From: Azolla caroliniana
Lineage: Eukaryota; Plantae; Polypodiophyta
Reading direction: 5' to 3'
Assembly (NCBI GenBank): GCA_043228905.1
Contig: JBHGNT010000007.1
Location: 21,142,001 to 21,206,000 of the forward strand
Length of the DNA: 64,000 nucleotides
Below are positions 1-13,687 of the stretch, one piece after another. Under the pieces are notes generated by a model. The model saw only the letters and a program-made list of their open reading frames with translations, did not search any database and was not told the origin of the DNA. The position numbers and the translations under genes were made by a program. Each line of letters starts with the position of its first letter. Within the stretch, counting starts at the first letter, position 1.

Positions 1-2406
1 GCTCGAGAGCGTCGGGAATGATGACTACTTTTGTCGATTCGAGTATAAAGCCTCCACGGGTGGTTTCACCCCTGATAGAGTTGCAGTGTAGGTTAATCCC
101 CCTCCTCCCCCCCCCCCCCCTGTTCAATGATGATTTTATCACTACAATCATATTTGCACTTTTTTAGTTAATTATGTGTTAAAGCCTGCATTAAGAGATG
201 AAATAGATTTAATTGTGCATAACTGGTTTTGCATTAATGATGTGTTTAAATCATGTATAAATGCGCATTACGCGAAACATAGACCCTGATTAGGATATGA
301 GTATGGGTGTCGTCATGTATGCATCAATTATGGGCTAGGAATCAAATTAAGCCTAGAAATAAGTAGGATAAGCGAGTGGATGGCCATAAGTGTGCATTAG
401 TTCTGCAAATATGTACTAAAGGCGTGCATTAAGAGATGAAATAGATTTAATTGTGCATAACTGGTTTTGCATTAATGATGTGTTTAAATCTTGTATAAAT
501 GCGCATTACGCGAAACATAGACCCTGATTAGGATATGAGTATGGGTGTCGTCATGTATGCATCAATTATGGGCTAGGAATCAAATTAAGCCTAGAAATAA
601 GTAGGATAAGCGAGTGGATGGCCATAAGTGTGCATTAGTTCTGCAAATATGTACTAAAGGCGTGCATTAAGAGATGAAATAGATTTAATTGTGCATAACT
701 GGTTTTGCATTAATGATGTGTTTAAATCTTGTATAAATGCGCATTACGCGAAACATAGGCCCTGATTAGGATATGAGTATGGGTGTCGTCATGTATGCAT
801 CAATTATGGACTAGGAATCAAATTAAGCCTAGAAATAAGTAGGATAAGCGAGTGGATGGCCATAAGTGTGCATTAGTTCTGCAAATATGTACTAAAGGCG
901 TGCATTAAGAAATGAAATAGATTTAATTGTGCATAACTGGTTTTGCATTAATGATCTGTTTAAATCATGTATAAATGTGCATTAGCCTATTTATAGGCCC
1001 TGATTAGGATATGAGTATGGGAATTGTTAAGTATGCATCAATTATGGGCTAGAATAAGCAAGTGGATGTCTATAAGTGTGCATTACTTCTGCACTAGGAG
1101 TCAGAATCAAGGCTGAAGATAGGCAATATTAGCAAATAGGCGTCCATAAGTAATGCATTGATTATGCATTGGGAGAAGATATTAACAAGTAGTTGTCCGC
1201 GAGCGTGCATTGCTTATGCATTGGGGATCAAATTAAGGCTAGAGATAGGCACAATTAACAAGTGGATATATGTAAATGTGCATCAATTTATTAGGACCGA
1301 GTCTTGTTACAGAAAATGATCATCTGATTTCTCACAAATTGCTCTCCTTGCATCCACAGATATTGTATATGTGAGATGCCATACAATCCTGACGACTTGA
1401 TGGTACAATGTGAAGGATGTAAGGACTGGTAATGTGCCATCGACACACTTTCTGATTTTGCCAAATGTTTTCACGAGTTTTTAGAACAACATTCATATGA
1501 CTTGCCATCCATGTATGTAGCCTTGTTGAAATTTATTGCATTATTGGTTAATTGGACATGAAAAAGATTCAAATCACATTTTGTTTGTAAGTTAACGAGA
1601 GAAATTATTCACTGGTGTTTTAGCCAACCTTGGTGGTTTGTTGCCACGTATGTACAGATACATGACACTTCTTGATTGTATTTAATGGCATTGTGTCAAT
1701 AAAAATCAGAGAGAACTGAGTATTTTCTAATATTTTGGGATCTATCTGGGCATGGGAATTAGATTAAATGCTAGAATATATTCCAACAATGGATCGATGT
1801 ATTGCTTTTTGAACTCTTCAGGAAGATGAGAGCATGTACTTGGGTCTCTCATCCAAAACAAGAAGCAAGTATGATTTCATAATATGTATGTTACAGGTTC
1901 CATCCAACTTGTATGGACATGAGCACAGACCAGATTAAAAAGCTGGAGCATTTTCACTGTCCCGAGTGCAAACAAAAGGATGTGCACAAAAAAGTCGTGG
2001 AAAAAAAAATAGTCGGTAAGAAGGCCACGGACAAAAAGGTTGCAAGCGAAAAGGAGACCGACAAAAAGGTCATCGGCAAGAAGTTCACCCGAAGAACACA
2101 CAAAAAGGAGAACAGTAGTTCTTCACCTAAGGCCAAGGTAATCATTTTCTTTTGCATTCATATACGATTGAAGCAGTCTTATGTCAATTAGTGATGTAAA
2201 ACATCTTTGTTATATAAAAGCTTTACATGCATTTTCTTTGTTATGTATAATTTTATATGCATTTTCTTTGTTATATATAATTTTATATGCATCTTCTTTG
2301 TCATGTGAGAACTTTATGTATGCTACAAACAACTACCCTTTGATTGTTTTTTTTCTAATGGTATATCGGGTTGTTGCAGCCTGAACCGAAGCGGCGAAAA
2401 CAGTAA
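1..2406 (+). CDS. EBS/SHL-like BAH-PHD chromatin reader, 3' part (5' end outside window); exons ~1-87, 1360-1428, 1897-2137, 2380-2406
   Basis: Spliced translation gives the BAH C-terminus LESVGNDDYFCRFEYKASTGGFTPDRVAV, the PHD finger YCICEMPYNPDDLMVQCEGCKDWFHPTC...HFHCPEC, and a basic tail PEPKRRKQ*. All introns are GT-AG with compatible phases. Confidence 0.92.
187..1090. repeat. 238-bp tandem repeat, about 3.7 copies, in an EBS/SHL intron
   Basis: TGCATTAAGA(G/A)ATGAAATAGATTTAATTGTGC starts at 187, 425, 663 and 901. The first three copies are nearly identical; the fourth diverges. Confidence 0.95.
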
Positions 2407-4559
2407 TCTAATGCAAGTTTACCTATTCAGAATTTCATTAGACCAGTCAGAATGAACGAAAATAAGCAAAGAAAAGAAATGATACATAGGATGAAAGAGA
2501 GTATCAACCATAGGTGGGTGCCATGTAATGGTTCACTTGTATTGTAATCGGTATAAAAGATTTTTTAGATCCAACTTCTTTTTGCAAGTATTGCCATTGT
2601 TTCTTGCTCATTTTGCTCGATTCAGCAAAAGTCAGTGTCTTCTGTTATCTCTGTTATAGTGTCTTTGATTGAATTGAATCCAAACAGTACAGTGTATTTT
2701 TGTGATACAGAAATTATGTCTTCCATCACACAACAAGCTACTAGACATCAAAGATGGCATCACAATGTTACATGCTAATTGAATCATGTCTCCTAAGGTA
2801 AAGCAATGGCCATTGGAAAACAACTTACAACACATAAGTTTTCCACCTAAACACATAAACATCATATGGTACCTGGACAGGGTAACATCTTTCAAACATT
2901 GCTTCAGACCCCTCCAGGTTATTCCATTCTTCATAGACATCTCTCATGTTACCATGCATGCGGTTATGACAAAGCCAACATTTGTATAGGCTTTATGTAT
3001 CCATGTCTTCTTATCTGGACAAATGAATCTAACTTGTTTAGTGATGTCAAAGTGCTAGCAAGAAGTGAATGGTTGTTTTTCTTGTGAGAGATCTTGTCAC
3101 AATCAGTAAAACGCATTATCATAGATTTTTGAAGTTCTGCACCTTTGCGAATTATCTTGCATGATATAGAAAAACACCCACTCATCATTTGCTCCTGGTG
3201 CAATGCTATCAATCCTTTTAGGAGTCCAGAATTGACTCCTAATCTCCTCTTCCAAGTCATATCATGTGATACATCCCTCTTACGCAGATATTTTTATTGC
3301 CACAAAATTCAATACATGGTACTAGTAACAAAACAAAATACAATAATTGGGATCCTAACCGATTGTGAAGCTTTGAGTCACTCATCAAGAAATGCTCAAC
3401 TTTGTGATTTATGTTATGTGTAGTTTATCCAAAAATATGACCCCAAAATTCTAATCCATTATAATGGATTGAGGATTAGAAACATGTACACGCTTATTAG
3501 ATAACCAAGATGCACTATAAATATGTCACGAGAAACCACAAGCCCCATTCAATGCCTACCAAAGTTTTCTAAATTCCTTTGTCTACTTTTGACAAATCTT
3601 ACGCTATCGTGTGGAGGATAGAAACCCGCTTTGGTTAGATTAGAAAGTCTTGCATTAGAATGCATCCATTCACACAAGGCATCTCGAGGAGAAAATCTTT
3701 GTTCTTTTTATAAGGTACCTATGGCGAATTTAGGGTTTATAATGTATGCAACATCAAACCCTTTGTTATCAACATTAGAGCACAAGCTTCATTGCATTTG
3801 AATTTTGGAATTTCAATTCAGCAAACTTTGATACATAGAGTCAATGCTTTGACACTGTTTTTGTGCGCATAATGTCTTGCTTTGATTCGTTTGTCTAGGC
3901 ATAGATGATGACATAACAAAGTGTAAAAGGGAGAATAAATCGATGAGTCATTGAGTGGGGGGGCATTGTTTTTCTTTATTTCCTCAATGCCCTTGAGTTT
4001 TCATTACTATTTTACCCCTGTAAATTGTAATAAGAACAGAGGAGAACAGAGCTTGCTTTCCATGGATTCTTCTTCTGAGCTCGGCAATGCCATTTGGATT
4101 TGGATGGTGCAAGAATATAGTTTAAGAATCAAGAACAAGAAATCTGGAAGAGGGATGCGGACCAAGACTCTCGAAGCATCTTGAAGAATCTAGATGATTT
4201 GGCTGAAGAATCTGCTCCATTAGTCGCATGAAGAACCCCCCAAAAAGGTAACGCTTCTTCTCATTTCAGGTTTCGTAATATTTCCTTTTTTTTCATTTAT
4301 TATTTGCAGAGAATTTATATATGGTTATGCATGTCTCCATATGTGATGTTGACTGAAAGTGGAAGACATGATCCAAAAAAACCCTAGCTTGTATGTATAT
4401 GTATAGGAGAGAGATCACATATATTGTGATATTGGGTTAACAGAAAAATCCCACAAATTGTGACGATTTTGTACCTTCACACCACCATTTCTCTATGTAC
4501 TACTAATACATGCTATCTTCAGACATGGACCCGGTAACAGTACTATCAGCATTTCCCGC

Positions 4560-6755
4560 ATGGTTAAAAAACTATGCCAAGATGGCCAGCTTGAGAGAGC
4601 TATCCGAACAGCCACTGATATGCACAATTCCAAATTGACTATATCCATTGAAAGTTTATATTTCCTTGTACAAGAGTGCATAAAAACGAAAGATATTCAC
4701 TTGGGAAGAAGGCTGCATCAACTTATCATAACCGGAGATTCCATTAGGGATGCATTTCTGGGGACACATCTAATTAGGATGTTCAATCAATGTGGGAGTT
4801 TATGGGAATCAATTCAAGTATTTGATGGAATCAGGAATCCATCAGTATTTACATGGAATGCTCTTATTTCAGCTCACACTATGCATGGAGAAGCTACTGA
4901 AGCTATAAGACTATACGCTGAAATGAGATGCTCTAGTGTCTGTCCTGATGAACATGTTTTCGTGGCTGCACTCAAAGCATGTGTAAAGGCTGAGGCCCTT
5001 TTGGACGGAATGCTGGTTCACACTGACATAGTGTCCAGCATATTTGAACCGAATTCTCATGTATCAAACATTTTGGTCGATATGTACATGAAGTTTCATA
5101 ATGTTGAGGATGCTCAATGTGTGTTTGAAAATGTCTCAACTCGAGATACAATTACTTATACAACCTTAATTATTGGATACACCGAACATGAGTACAGGTC
5201 CGAAGCTATTCAAAGTTTCCGTCAAATGCAGTATGAAGGTATCTCGCTGAACAACGTAACATATGTTAGTATCTTCAAAGCTTGCTCAGATATACCTATA
5301 CTAGATCATGGCATATTTCTTCATTCATGTATGTGTGAAAAGGCCCTTGAGGCAGATCTCACTCTTGGTAATACTCTGATCTACATGTACGCTAGATGCA
5401 AAAGGCTACGAGAAGCACATAGAGTATTCAGCCGATTGACGAATCGAGACATTGTGGCCTGGAACTCATTGATTGGAGGTTATGCACAACAAGGTCATGG
5501 TCATGATGCTCTTCTCATGTTCCACCATATGCAGACAAAGGGTGTGAAACCAGATGATGTGACCTTTATAAGTATCCTCAAAGCATGTTCCACCATGCTA
5601 TCCTTTGAACAAGGGAATCTCGTGCATGCCTATATCATTGACTCTGGCTTAGATTCATTAAGATTTGTTGGAAACTCCCTTATAGATATGTATCTAAAGT
5701 GTGGAAGCCTCAGAGACGCATACGATGTATTCAAATGCATTCCAGAGGGAGATGTGATAAGCTGGAATACCCTTATTATTGGCCATATTGACCACCAACA
5801 ATACAAGGAGGCATTTGCAATCTTTCGACAAATGCTAGGTTGTGACATGGAGCCTGATCTCATTACGTTTGTTAGCCTCTTAGAAGCTGCCACTTTCTTG
5901 GCATTAATAAACCATGGCCAATTGATACATTTTTGCATCATATCAAGTGGGGCAGAATCAAATGTGTATATAAATAACAGCTTGATTGATTTGTATACTA
6001 GATGTGGTAGTGTTGAAGATGCTCATAATGTTTTTGACCGATTACCAGAGAAGAACATATGGGAGAGGAATCCAATGCTCGGGAATAGTGCATTTCATGG
6101 CGGGCATGATGAGAACTTGCCAAAGCTAATGCAAGATGACGCTTTGACAAACATTCTTAAGACATGCTCTAATGTAGTAGCTTTGGATGCTGGTCGGCTC
6201 TTTCATTCATGTATCATTGAATCTTCTCCTGAATTAGGCATATCTATTAATAATACACTTATTGACATGTACATCAACTGTGGGAATCTTGACGATGCAT
6301 GTAATGTATTTGAAATGATGCCAGATCGGGATGTTGTGACGTGGACAATGATGATTGGTGGATACGGGCACCATGGAGATTATAATTTGGTTCATGAAAC
6401 GCTCAAGAGAATGTTAAGTGAAGGGCACAAGCCAGTGGAGATAACGTATGTTTGTTTGTTGAATGCATGTGGAAGATCAGGGTTGTTGAATGAAGGATGC
6501 CTTCATTTTCGGTCAATGATGGAAATACATGATCTGACACCAACTTTGGATCACTATTTCTGCCTGGTTAATATACTCGGGCAACTTGGGAGGTTAGCAG
6601 AAGCCGAAGATGTTCTCCTGACAATTCCTTTTTCTGGTGTGAGTGTTGTGGGTATAAGAACTCTACTAAATCATTGCAAGGTGCATGGAAATGAGATTCT
6701 AGGTCAACAATATGTTGAACCCTTACATCTTCTTGAGACGAAGCATACCATATAG
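4560..6755 (+). CDS. PLS-class pentatricopeptide repeat protein with truncated E domain (organellar RNA-editing factor family)
   Basis: 731-aa intronless ORF with repeated P-L-S motifs (WNALISAH, TYVSIFKACS, GNSLIDMYLKCGSLRDAYDVF). It ends in HYFCLVNILGQLGRLAEAEDV...TLLNHCKVHGN. No DYW domain is seen. Confidence 0.92.
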   Translation: MVKKLCQDGQLERAIRTATDMHNSKLTISIESLYFLVQECIKTKDIHLGRRLHQLIITGDSIRDAFLGTHLIRMFNQCGSLWESIQVFDGIRNPSVFTWNALISAHTMHGEATEAIRLYAEMRCSSVCPDEHVFVAALKACVKAEALLDGMLVHTDIVSSIFEPNSHVSNILVDMYMKFHNVEDAQCVFENVSTRDTITYTTLIIGYTEHEYRSEAIQSFRQMQYEGISLNNVTYVSIFKACSDIPILDHGIFLHSCMCEKALEADLTLGNTLIYMYARCKRLREAHRVFSRLTNRDIVAWNSLIGGYAQQGHGHDALLMFHHMQTKGVKPDDVTFISILKACSTMLSFEQGNLVHAYIIDSGLDSLRFVGNSLIDMYLKCGSLRDAYDVFKCIPEGDVISWNTLIIGHIDHQQYKEAFAIFRQMLGCDMEPDLITFVSLLEAATFLALINHGQLIHFCIISSGAESNVYINNSLIDLYTRCGSVEDAHNVFDRLPEKNIWERNPMLGNSAFHGGHDENLPKLMQDDALTNILKTCSNVVALDAGRLFHSCIIESSPELGISINNTLIDMYINCGNLDDACNVFEMMPDRDVVTWTMMIGGYGHHGDYNLVHETLKRMLSEGHKPVEITYVCLLNACGRSGLLNEGCLHFRSMMEIHDLTPTLDHYFCLVNILGQLGRLAEAEDVLLTIPFSGVSVVGIRTLLNHCKVHGNEILGQQYVEPLHLLETKHTI

Positions 6756-8618
6756 CTATATGTCGGTAATTAATGAATACCTCAATGCTAAAAAGGCTGG
6801 GCTTGCCACATATCCTCAAAAGAGATTCTTATTTATGTGTACATCCAGATAACCTGCTGCTCCCTATAGCCAAATCATGGCCACAAAATTTGAGAGGAAT
6901 CAATCTATGACTCTAAACCCTAAATGTGATGCTGTGAAATCAGTTGTTTCAGGTTCCAGTCTTGTCAATCATGTGTATCATGCCATTCATCTTCGGGTCA
7001 ATATTGAAAGCAACCTGAAGATGGATCCAGTGAAACATTCATTTCATCCGACTGAGGTCATTGATTTCAAGTCTAAACTCTAAATGTTGTGCCCTGCAAT
7101 CAGCTAGTTTTGGGGTGCTCCCCAAAAATCCTACACATTATGTGCATCATGCCATCCATCTTCAGACTCGATATCAAAAGCGACTGCCTCAATCAAGGTG
7201 GATTGATGAGACATTTATCTTGTCATCTTCTTCATCCAAGTGACTTGGATTAATTTCACAAGGCGCTTGGATGTCCCTCAGAGAGCATGGTACAATGGAA
7301 GTTGTAGGCCATATTCAGAGGGGAGCTGGGTATTTCTTGGGTTAAAAGTCAGAATCAAGCCTCATTTTTTTCATTCTTATTTTCTCAAGCAGTCAGATCA
7401 TAATCACTGACTCTATGGGGTTTTAGGAATTGTGCATGGATATTGCATTTCATTCATCACCTCCGTCACATTTCGTACCGATCTGATCTCATAAAGAAAC
7501 ACTTCATTGTTGAATGTTTTATCTCATGAATTTTGAATGTCCACCTATTTTGTTAATTTGGTTTCAAAATTGATTAAATCAACGTTTTGTTACACCTCTT
7601 TCAATACAGGTTTGGGATCCTTGGCTAGACGGATGCCAGCTTAATACATTAACCTTGGATCTAGCTATCTATATACAGCAAGATAGAGATCATCACTGGG
7701 TGTGCACAATCTTGTGCCGTGATTTTTTTTCACTTGATGATCAATCCATTTCCAAAGGTTTTATTCAGATCCACAATCTGTAACATGGAGTTGAGTGCGG
7801 CAGTGAAAGAAAGATGTGTGCGCTTCTTAAGGCTGCGCTCAAGGTCGTTGGTTCATGACTACATTGAAGTCCCAACAAAATACTTTTGCCTTTGCTTTTG
7901 ATTCCATTCAATAAATATTCAAGCAACTCGGAATTGGAGCTTAGTCCTCAATAACTTTTCTTTCTCAGAAAGATGCAGATCCTCTCGTTTTTACTCATTG
8001 ATGAGGAGTCTGTAAAGTAGACCATTCCATAATCACTTTCATTGAATCTCTTGAAGTTTGAATGTCTAGATCGGATATAACGTTAAAAAAAACACACATT
8101 GTTTTACATCAACATTTCTCACCTTATCAATTCTATGAAGCTCGTGGTGAATATGTTTCTGTACTCTGCTCATGGAAATTAATACTTGATGGACTGAGTT
8201 TTACTTTCAAGGTCGAATATGTAAAAAGCTGCACTCTACTATCTAAAGCCCATGTTCTATGCGTGTAAAAATATTGAGAGAAAATGCCATTTGCTATTTA
8301 ATGCCAACATTCAATGCTAAAATAAAGTTGTATTTCAAAAAATCTAGTGTAAGATCAAATGCTTTGGTGGGTTTTAATTTATGTCACATGATAGCAATGG
8401 ATCTGATGTAATTTCATATATTTTCAACTTATGATCAGAGTGTTGCTCTCCAAGGGGTTCGTTTCATTTCGTTCCACATTAGATTGACCTCAACCATTCT
8501 TTTTGAGAATTTAAGCTATTAGTATCTTGTCGTTGACTCATTAGGATGTTTTATGCAAATCTAATTGAGAAGAGTACTCATACCAAGGAATTCAAAAATG
8601 TAAAACATCAAAGTTAAC

Positions 8619-8810
8619 TCATACAATATGATAGAATGAAACATTGGGGACACCAATCTCCACATCGATCACAAACAAATAATTGTGATAGAACCCAAAG
8701 AAACCAAGAACTTTGTGGATTTTGGGAACCAACCATTCCAAAATGGCATGGACCCTTTCAAGATATGCACTTAGGCGTCGAGTGATTGTATATCTTAAAT
8801 AGATAACCAT
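8619..8810 (-). mobile_element. Degenerate Ty3/gypsy RT/RNase H-linker fragment
   Basis: VIYLRYTI...ERVHAILEWLVPK..KVLGFFGFYHNY resembles the gypsy consensus YLGH.I...KV.AI.EWP.P....VR.FLG...YY. Confidence 0.5.
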
Positions 8811-8946
8811 GAACGAATGAACATTTAGACTACCTCTAGCTAGATTATCAAGCGCAAGTAACTTAAAATCTCTAGTTAGATTATCAAAATGGTCTACTTC
8901 GGTAGGATTATCCTTTCCATTTTCATTCGAGTTTGTTTATCACATG

Positions 8947-9300
8947 CCTTTTCCTGAATCTTTAAACATTTTGCCTTGAAGTGGCCTAATTCTTGAGAAT
9001 AACAAAAGAAACTTTGCTCGAGCTAACCTATGCAAGTCTTTGAAACTCAAAATAATGTGTCTTAACCATCTAGAGCTCTTCCTCTTTTTTAACGAAATCC
9101 TTGGGCATATTTTATCGCACTCACCTTTTTCTGGATCTTTAAAACATTTTGCCTTGAAGTGGCCTAAGTGTGGAGAATAACAAAAGAAGCTTTGCTCGAG
9201 TTAACCTATGCAAGTCTCTGAAACTCAAAATAATGTGTCTTAACCATCTAGAGCTCTTCCTCTTTTTTAACGAAATCCTTGAGCATATTTTATCACACTC
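8947..9300. repeat. ~177-bp tandem duplication, probably TE-derived
   Basis: ACATTTTGCCTTGAAGTGGCCTAA...CTTAACCATCTAGAGCTCTTCCTC occurs twice; the units start at ~8947 and ~9124. Confidence 0.85.
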
Positions 9301-11291
9301 TAAAAGACTTTTATCCAAGATTTCAGAGGACTTTATTGGAGTCTTTATCAAAGTTTTCTGGCAACTCAATAAAGCCTTGGAGTTCTTGATCATGTTGATT
9401 TCAACAAGTCAAACTAATGCACCAAGAAAACAAACAAATCCTCACAAATTATTCCTTCAAACTTTGACATCATTTTTGTGAACCTACGAAAATAAGGGAA
9501 AATCATTGAAAATGCTAAAAAAATCAGCAAAAGGCTTCACTTTTAGTCCAATGGTCAAGATCATGCCACACGTGTAGGATAGGTTCTTGAATGTTTTTCG
9601 AAATCATCCAAAAACTACACCATGAAAATAATGTAAAAAATGACTCTCCATAAAGATGTATGTCTGGTAACTAGACAGTCGTGAGTCGTGAGTTTCGAAC
9701 CTTGCTTCGTGAAACTACCATCGGAACCTTGCATCCATGTGACTAACACATCATATGGACACCGACAATAATGTCCGAGTGATAGGAAACACATTCTCTA
9801 ATAGAGTCTTGCATATGACAGCCAATCGATCCAGGCTGTCTAGTTGGTTCTTGCTTCCTCATTTCCAAGATGAAAGTCCTTGAGAAATGTGTGTTCCGAC
9901 TCACTCCAATTCTACTACTTTTACACTCTTCATGTCTAACAATAAACTAACCTTTAAAGCTCATAGGTCATGACTCAATTGCACCCCCCTAATTGATGCA
10001 AAGGGAGGAACATATATGGATGTTACATTTATTTTCCTTCTCTTCCCCATTAAATGTCGGTGGCCTAAGATGTTGAGCGAGAATCGATGTTCCGAATTTC
10101 GTCTTAAACCTAGGAAGATGGTGACTTGAAGGGGCAATCAAATCTATTGTGATGTAAGATATTAAGATTTGGATGTCCTACACTAATGAAGAAATATGCT
10201 CCACGGTTTCCCACATACCCCTACAAAACTCATCATAGGTATCATCCTCTTGGGCATAGTTTCGTGAGGAGGTACACAAATTGAACCCATTTGGAGTACC
10301 ATCAAGCCGCAACGACAACAACAAAGCCATAACACAAATAATCTAGGGTGTGATTTTGCGACGATTACATTGGTGTGGACCTTTGCGCTTTTGTTATTCG
10401 TTATTGAACAATGGCTCCGCACGGTAGGAAGGTGCGATCATAAGAAATGATCTAGCCAGTGATTGTTGTACGTGATTTCTCAGCGCGAATGGATTGTGAC
10501 AAAAATATTGTCCCCATTATTGAACCATAGGGGATATTGCATGTAATTGCAGTAAGAGAGGGAAAGACATGGCATTTGAATCTCCCCAATGTCTGCATTC
10601 AAAAGATTTAAAGGAAATACCAGACCAGCCCCTAACAATGGATCGTGCTAGGATCGTGCTAACTTATTGTGAAATTCGAGAAGCCAAGAGATCATGACCT
10701 CACACATTTTTACATCATATAAATGTGTAACAATAGTGTCGATGGATCTGAATGAATATTTAACAAATGTGTAGCTTTAGTGCTGATGAATCTGGGTAAA
10801 ATGTTTCGATCTTTGGTGCCGAGAGAACATGACCTTGCACAAAATACTTCAATGTAGAACCTTAATCCTAGTGTGTGCATATGCCAACCTATTGATTCTT
10901 TGGTTTGTATGATCAATGGTGAATGTATGTGCAATGTCTTACACATATGCATATATATGTTGCAACACTTGCGCATACGGACACATACACACATATACAG
11001 GATACTCACACATTAGCCCTGCTTTTTTGTCAAGTTATCAAGTTCCTTTGACACATTTCCAAAAACACAAAACAAATCTTGTATTTATGTTAGTGATATT
11101 GGGTATATCAGAAAACAATTTCAAATGGGAGTCCATGCACAGAAAACTAGGATTTGGGAGAGACAAAAAGATTAATGAAATGGATGCGAGGGGTTAATGA
11201 CCGAGTTAACACTTTCAAAGAAATTTAACAAACAATCAAGTGTGGGAGACATGGGTTAACGTAACAAGAAAGTGCATTTTATGGATTTCTT

Positions 11292-13687
11292 CTAAATCTT
11301 CGAGAGCCAAAGTTCCCCATTGATGAAGCTAGTGGTGAGGAAGGGCTTGACTTGTTGGGGAGTTAATGCAAGCGACCAAGGTACACGCCCTCCACGATCC
11401 GAACCACGTCCAATGCATTGGTATTCGCCATAAAACACGGTCCTACACATTCAAATTACATACAAACATTACCTTCCTATTACCTACCGACCAACAAAAG
11501 TGAAATTGATGCATTAGATCACAAGAAATATAGGAAGAGTACTTGTGGCGCGCGGGATCAGCCCAATCGAACCAACCCTTGGGCATGATAACATCGTCCA
11601 AGAAGGTGTATGCGAAGACCACTCGTGATGCCGGGCCCCACGCCCGCCCCAAGTAAATGGATCCCGACCCTGTCACCGCGCACATCATAAATGAGAACCC
11701 CGTCGCCTCCGATGTATTCATCCGCTTTTGTGCCGTCAACGAGCCGGTAGGGTTGGCTATGGAATGCAAATGGCTCTCCTGCACATGTATCAATCTCATG
11801 TTAGAATGTAAAGTTTCAAATGTGGTGGGGAATTCCTTTGTACCCCACACTCCTCTTATCACATTAGATCATTAGAAGGCAATCCATGTTTATAACTACA
11901 AGTTCCCACGTGCTCGTGACCTAGAGCTCATAATGGTGTTCCAAGCAAAAAACATGCCTGGGGCAATCTCAAAAACTTCCTTGTCTTTAATGATAAAGAC
12001 TCACTAAGTAGAAAGAACGTCCGTCGCCAAATATGAAATCGATGGAGCCTTCAATGTAGCATCGATAGAAGTAATGCCGACCCTTGTGGTCGTACAACGT
12101 GTCTTGTGCACCGTAGAAGTTTACGTTAATGAATGCGGCAAAGTCACCACTAATGCGCAATGCCACAGCTTGTCGGCCCATGGCACCACCGGGTGGAGAA
12201 GGGGCCGTGTTCTGTGGACGATCAGCACAATGGATTGGGGGATGATCAAAATGTGTATATGTAGGCTAAATCATTTTGAATATGGATGATGCCAAGTAGC
12301 TTGCTACGTTACCCGGAAAGAGATGTCCCTCGCCGTGAAGTGGTCGGAATTGACCGCAACGGATGCGGACTCAAATGTGCTTCCGGCTTTGGTCGCGGTG
12401 TCACCCCATTGTATCTCTGTCAATCGGGGGCCATCGCCTAGAAATGTAATCCAGTTTGTGTTCACCACCACCTTCTCTCTACACAGTTTGTACCAATGTC
12501 CCAAATGATGAGTACAAGTTTGTGCCAATGTCCCAGTGATGAGTAACAACAATGTTTACAACGTCTCAAGTTCATTACCACAAAATGCTTTTCATGTTGT
12601 CTCGTGTAAGTTCCTAGTATTTGTTTTGAACACATGAAAAAAGAATGTTGTCCTAGAAGTTTGGTCGACGGATCTTAATGACAATACCTAGTCTAGTCAA
12701 TATCATGTAATCAATATAAGGTTGATGGCCCCACTTGAGAATGTGGAGTCTAGACCAAAATCCAATTATTAATGGCCATTACCACACCTAATCAATAGGT
12801 CTCATGCAAATCCTTGCTTACAAGTTATGCCAACAAACCCCCTACTTGGTACTTCGGTGTCTGCCTTGTTATTTGGATCCCTACTAGCATAAGGTCTACA
12901 AATGTGCCATGTTATTTGGATCCCTACCACCATAAGGCCAACAAAAGTCCATGCAAAGTTTCATATAGTATTTAGTCAACCCATGTCTAACACATATGTA
13001 TACATTAAGTTAGAATTAACCGCAAGTGTCCACCCCTAACTAGCTTTTATATATGTGGTAAACTGATAAAGTTTCAGTCCAAATCTCGCCATTAAGCTAG
13101 AAATTGATGCTAATTGATCATGTGTGACAAATTACGCATATGATATATCCTCTTTGCCTACATAAACAAGTCATGATCGTAAAGTTGGGTAGTGATGGTC
13201 AATGTTGGTGGAACCATAATGTATTTAATGTGAAATGTCTAGAATAACCATTTTGTGTTCAAACTTACTTATAGACACCAGCCTTAATGTAGATGTAGAC
13301 ACGTTTAGAATTCGATGAAGGGATGCTATTAACTGCAGCCTGGACAGTGCGGAAACGTCCAGACCCATCTTTGGCCACCACAATGGTTTTGGCCGTACTT
13401 GGAATGCTACTCATTGTGGCCGCATCAACTTCATTGTTGGAACTTGTCCGAAGCCCAAGCTCAATCGAATCCAATTGGAGCGTGTTATACGCACGTGGTT
13501 GGTAACCAAGAGGGCTCGAGGTCTTGGCCACACGTTCGAGCCATGCATACATGGAAGTAAGATCAGTGCCGAAGTGAGCACCAACAACAAAGGGATGTGA
13601 GACAGACCCAAGGACGAGAGCTAAAGTGATCAACATGAAATGGAAGTGGATGACTTGGTAGACAACAAGGTTGGATGTAGCTAGCAT
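11292..13687 (-). CDS. Pectin methylesterase without PMEI pro-domain; exons 13687-13269, 12478-12313, 12211-12005, 11778-11543, 11442-11292
   Basis: PME motifs [56 protein letters not shown] and [12 protein letters not shown]-terminal hydrophobic segment. GT-AG introns are in phase. Confidence 0.93.

Noticed and set aside
2630-3430. Cluster of short ORFs between the EBS/SHL and PPR genes
   Set aside because: No recognisable domain or consistent splice structure; probably decayed TE or intergenic DNA.
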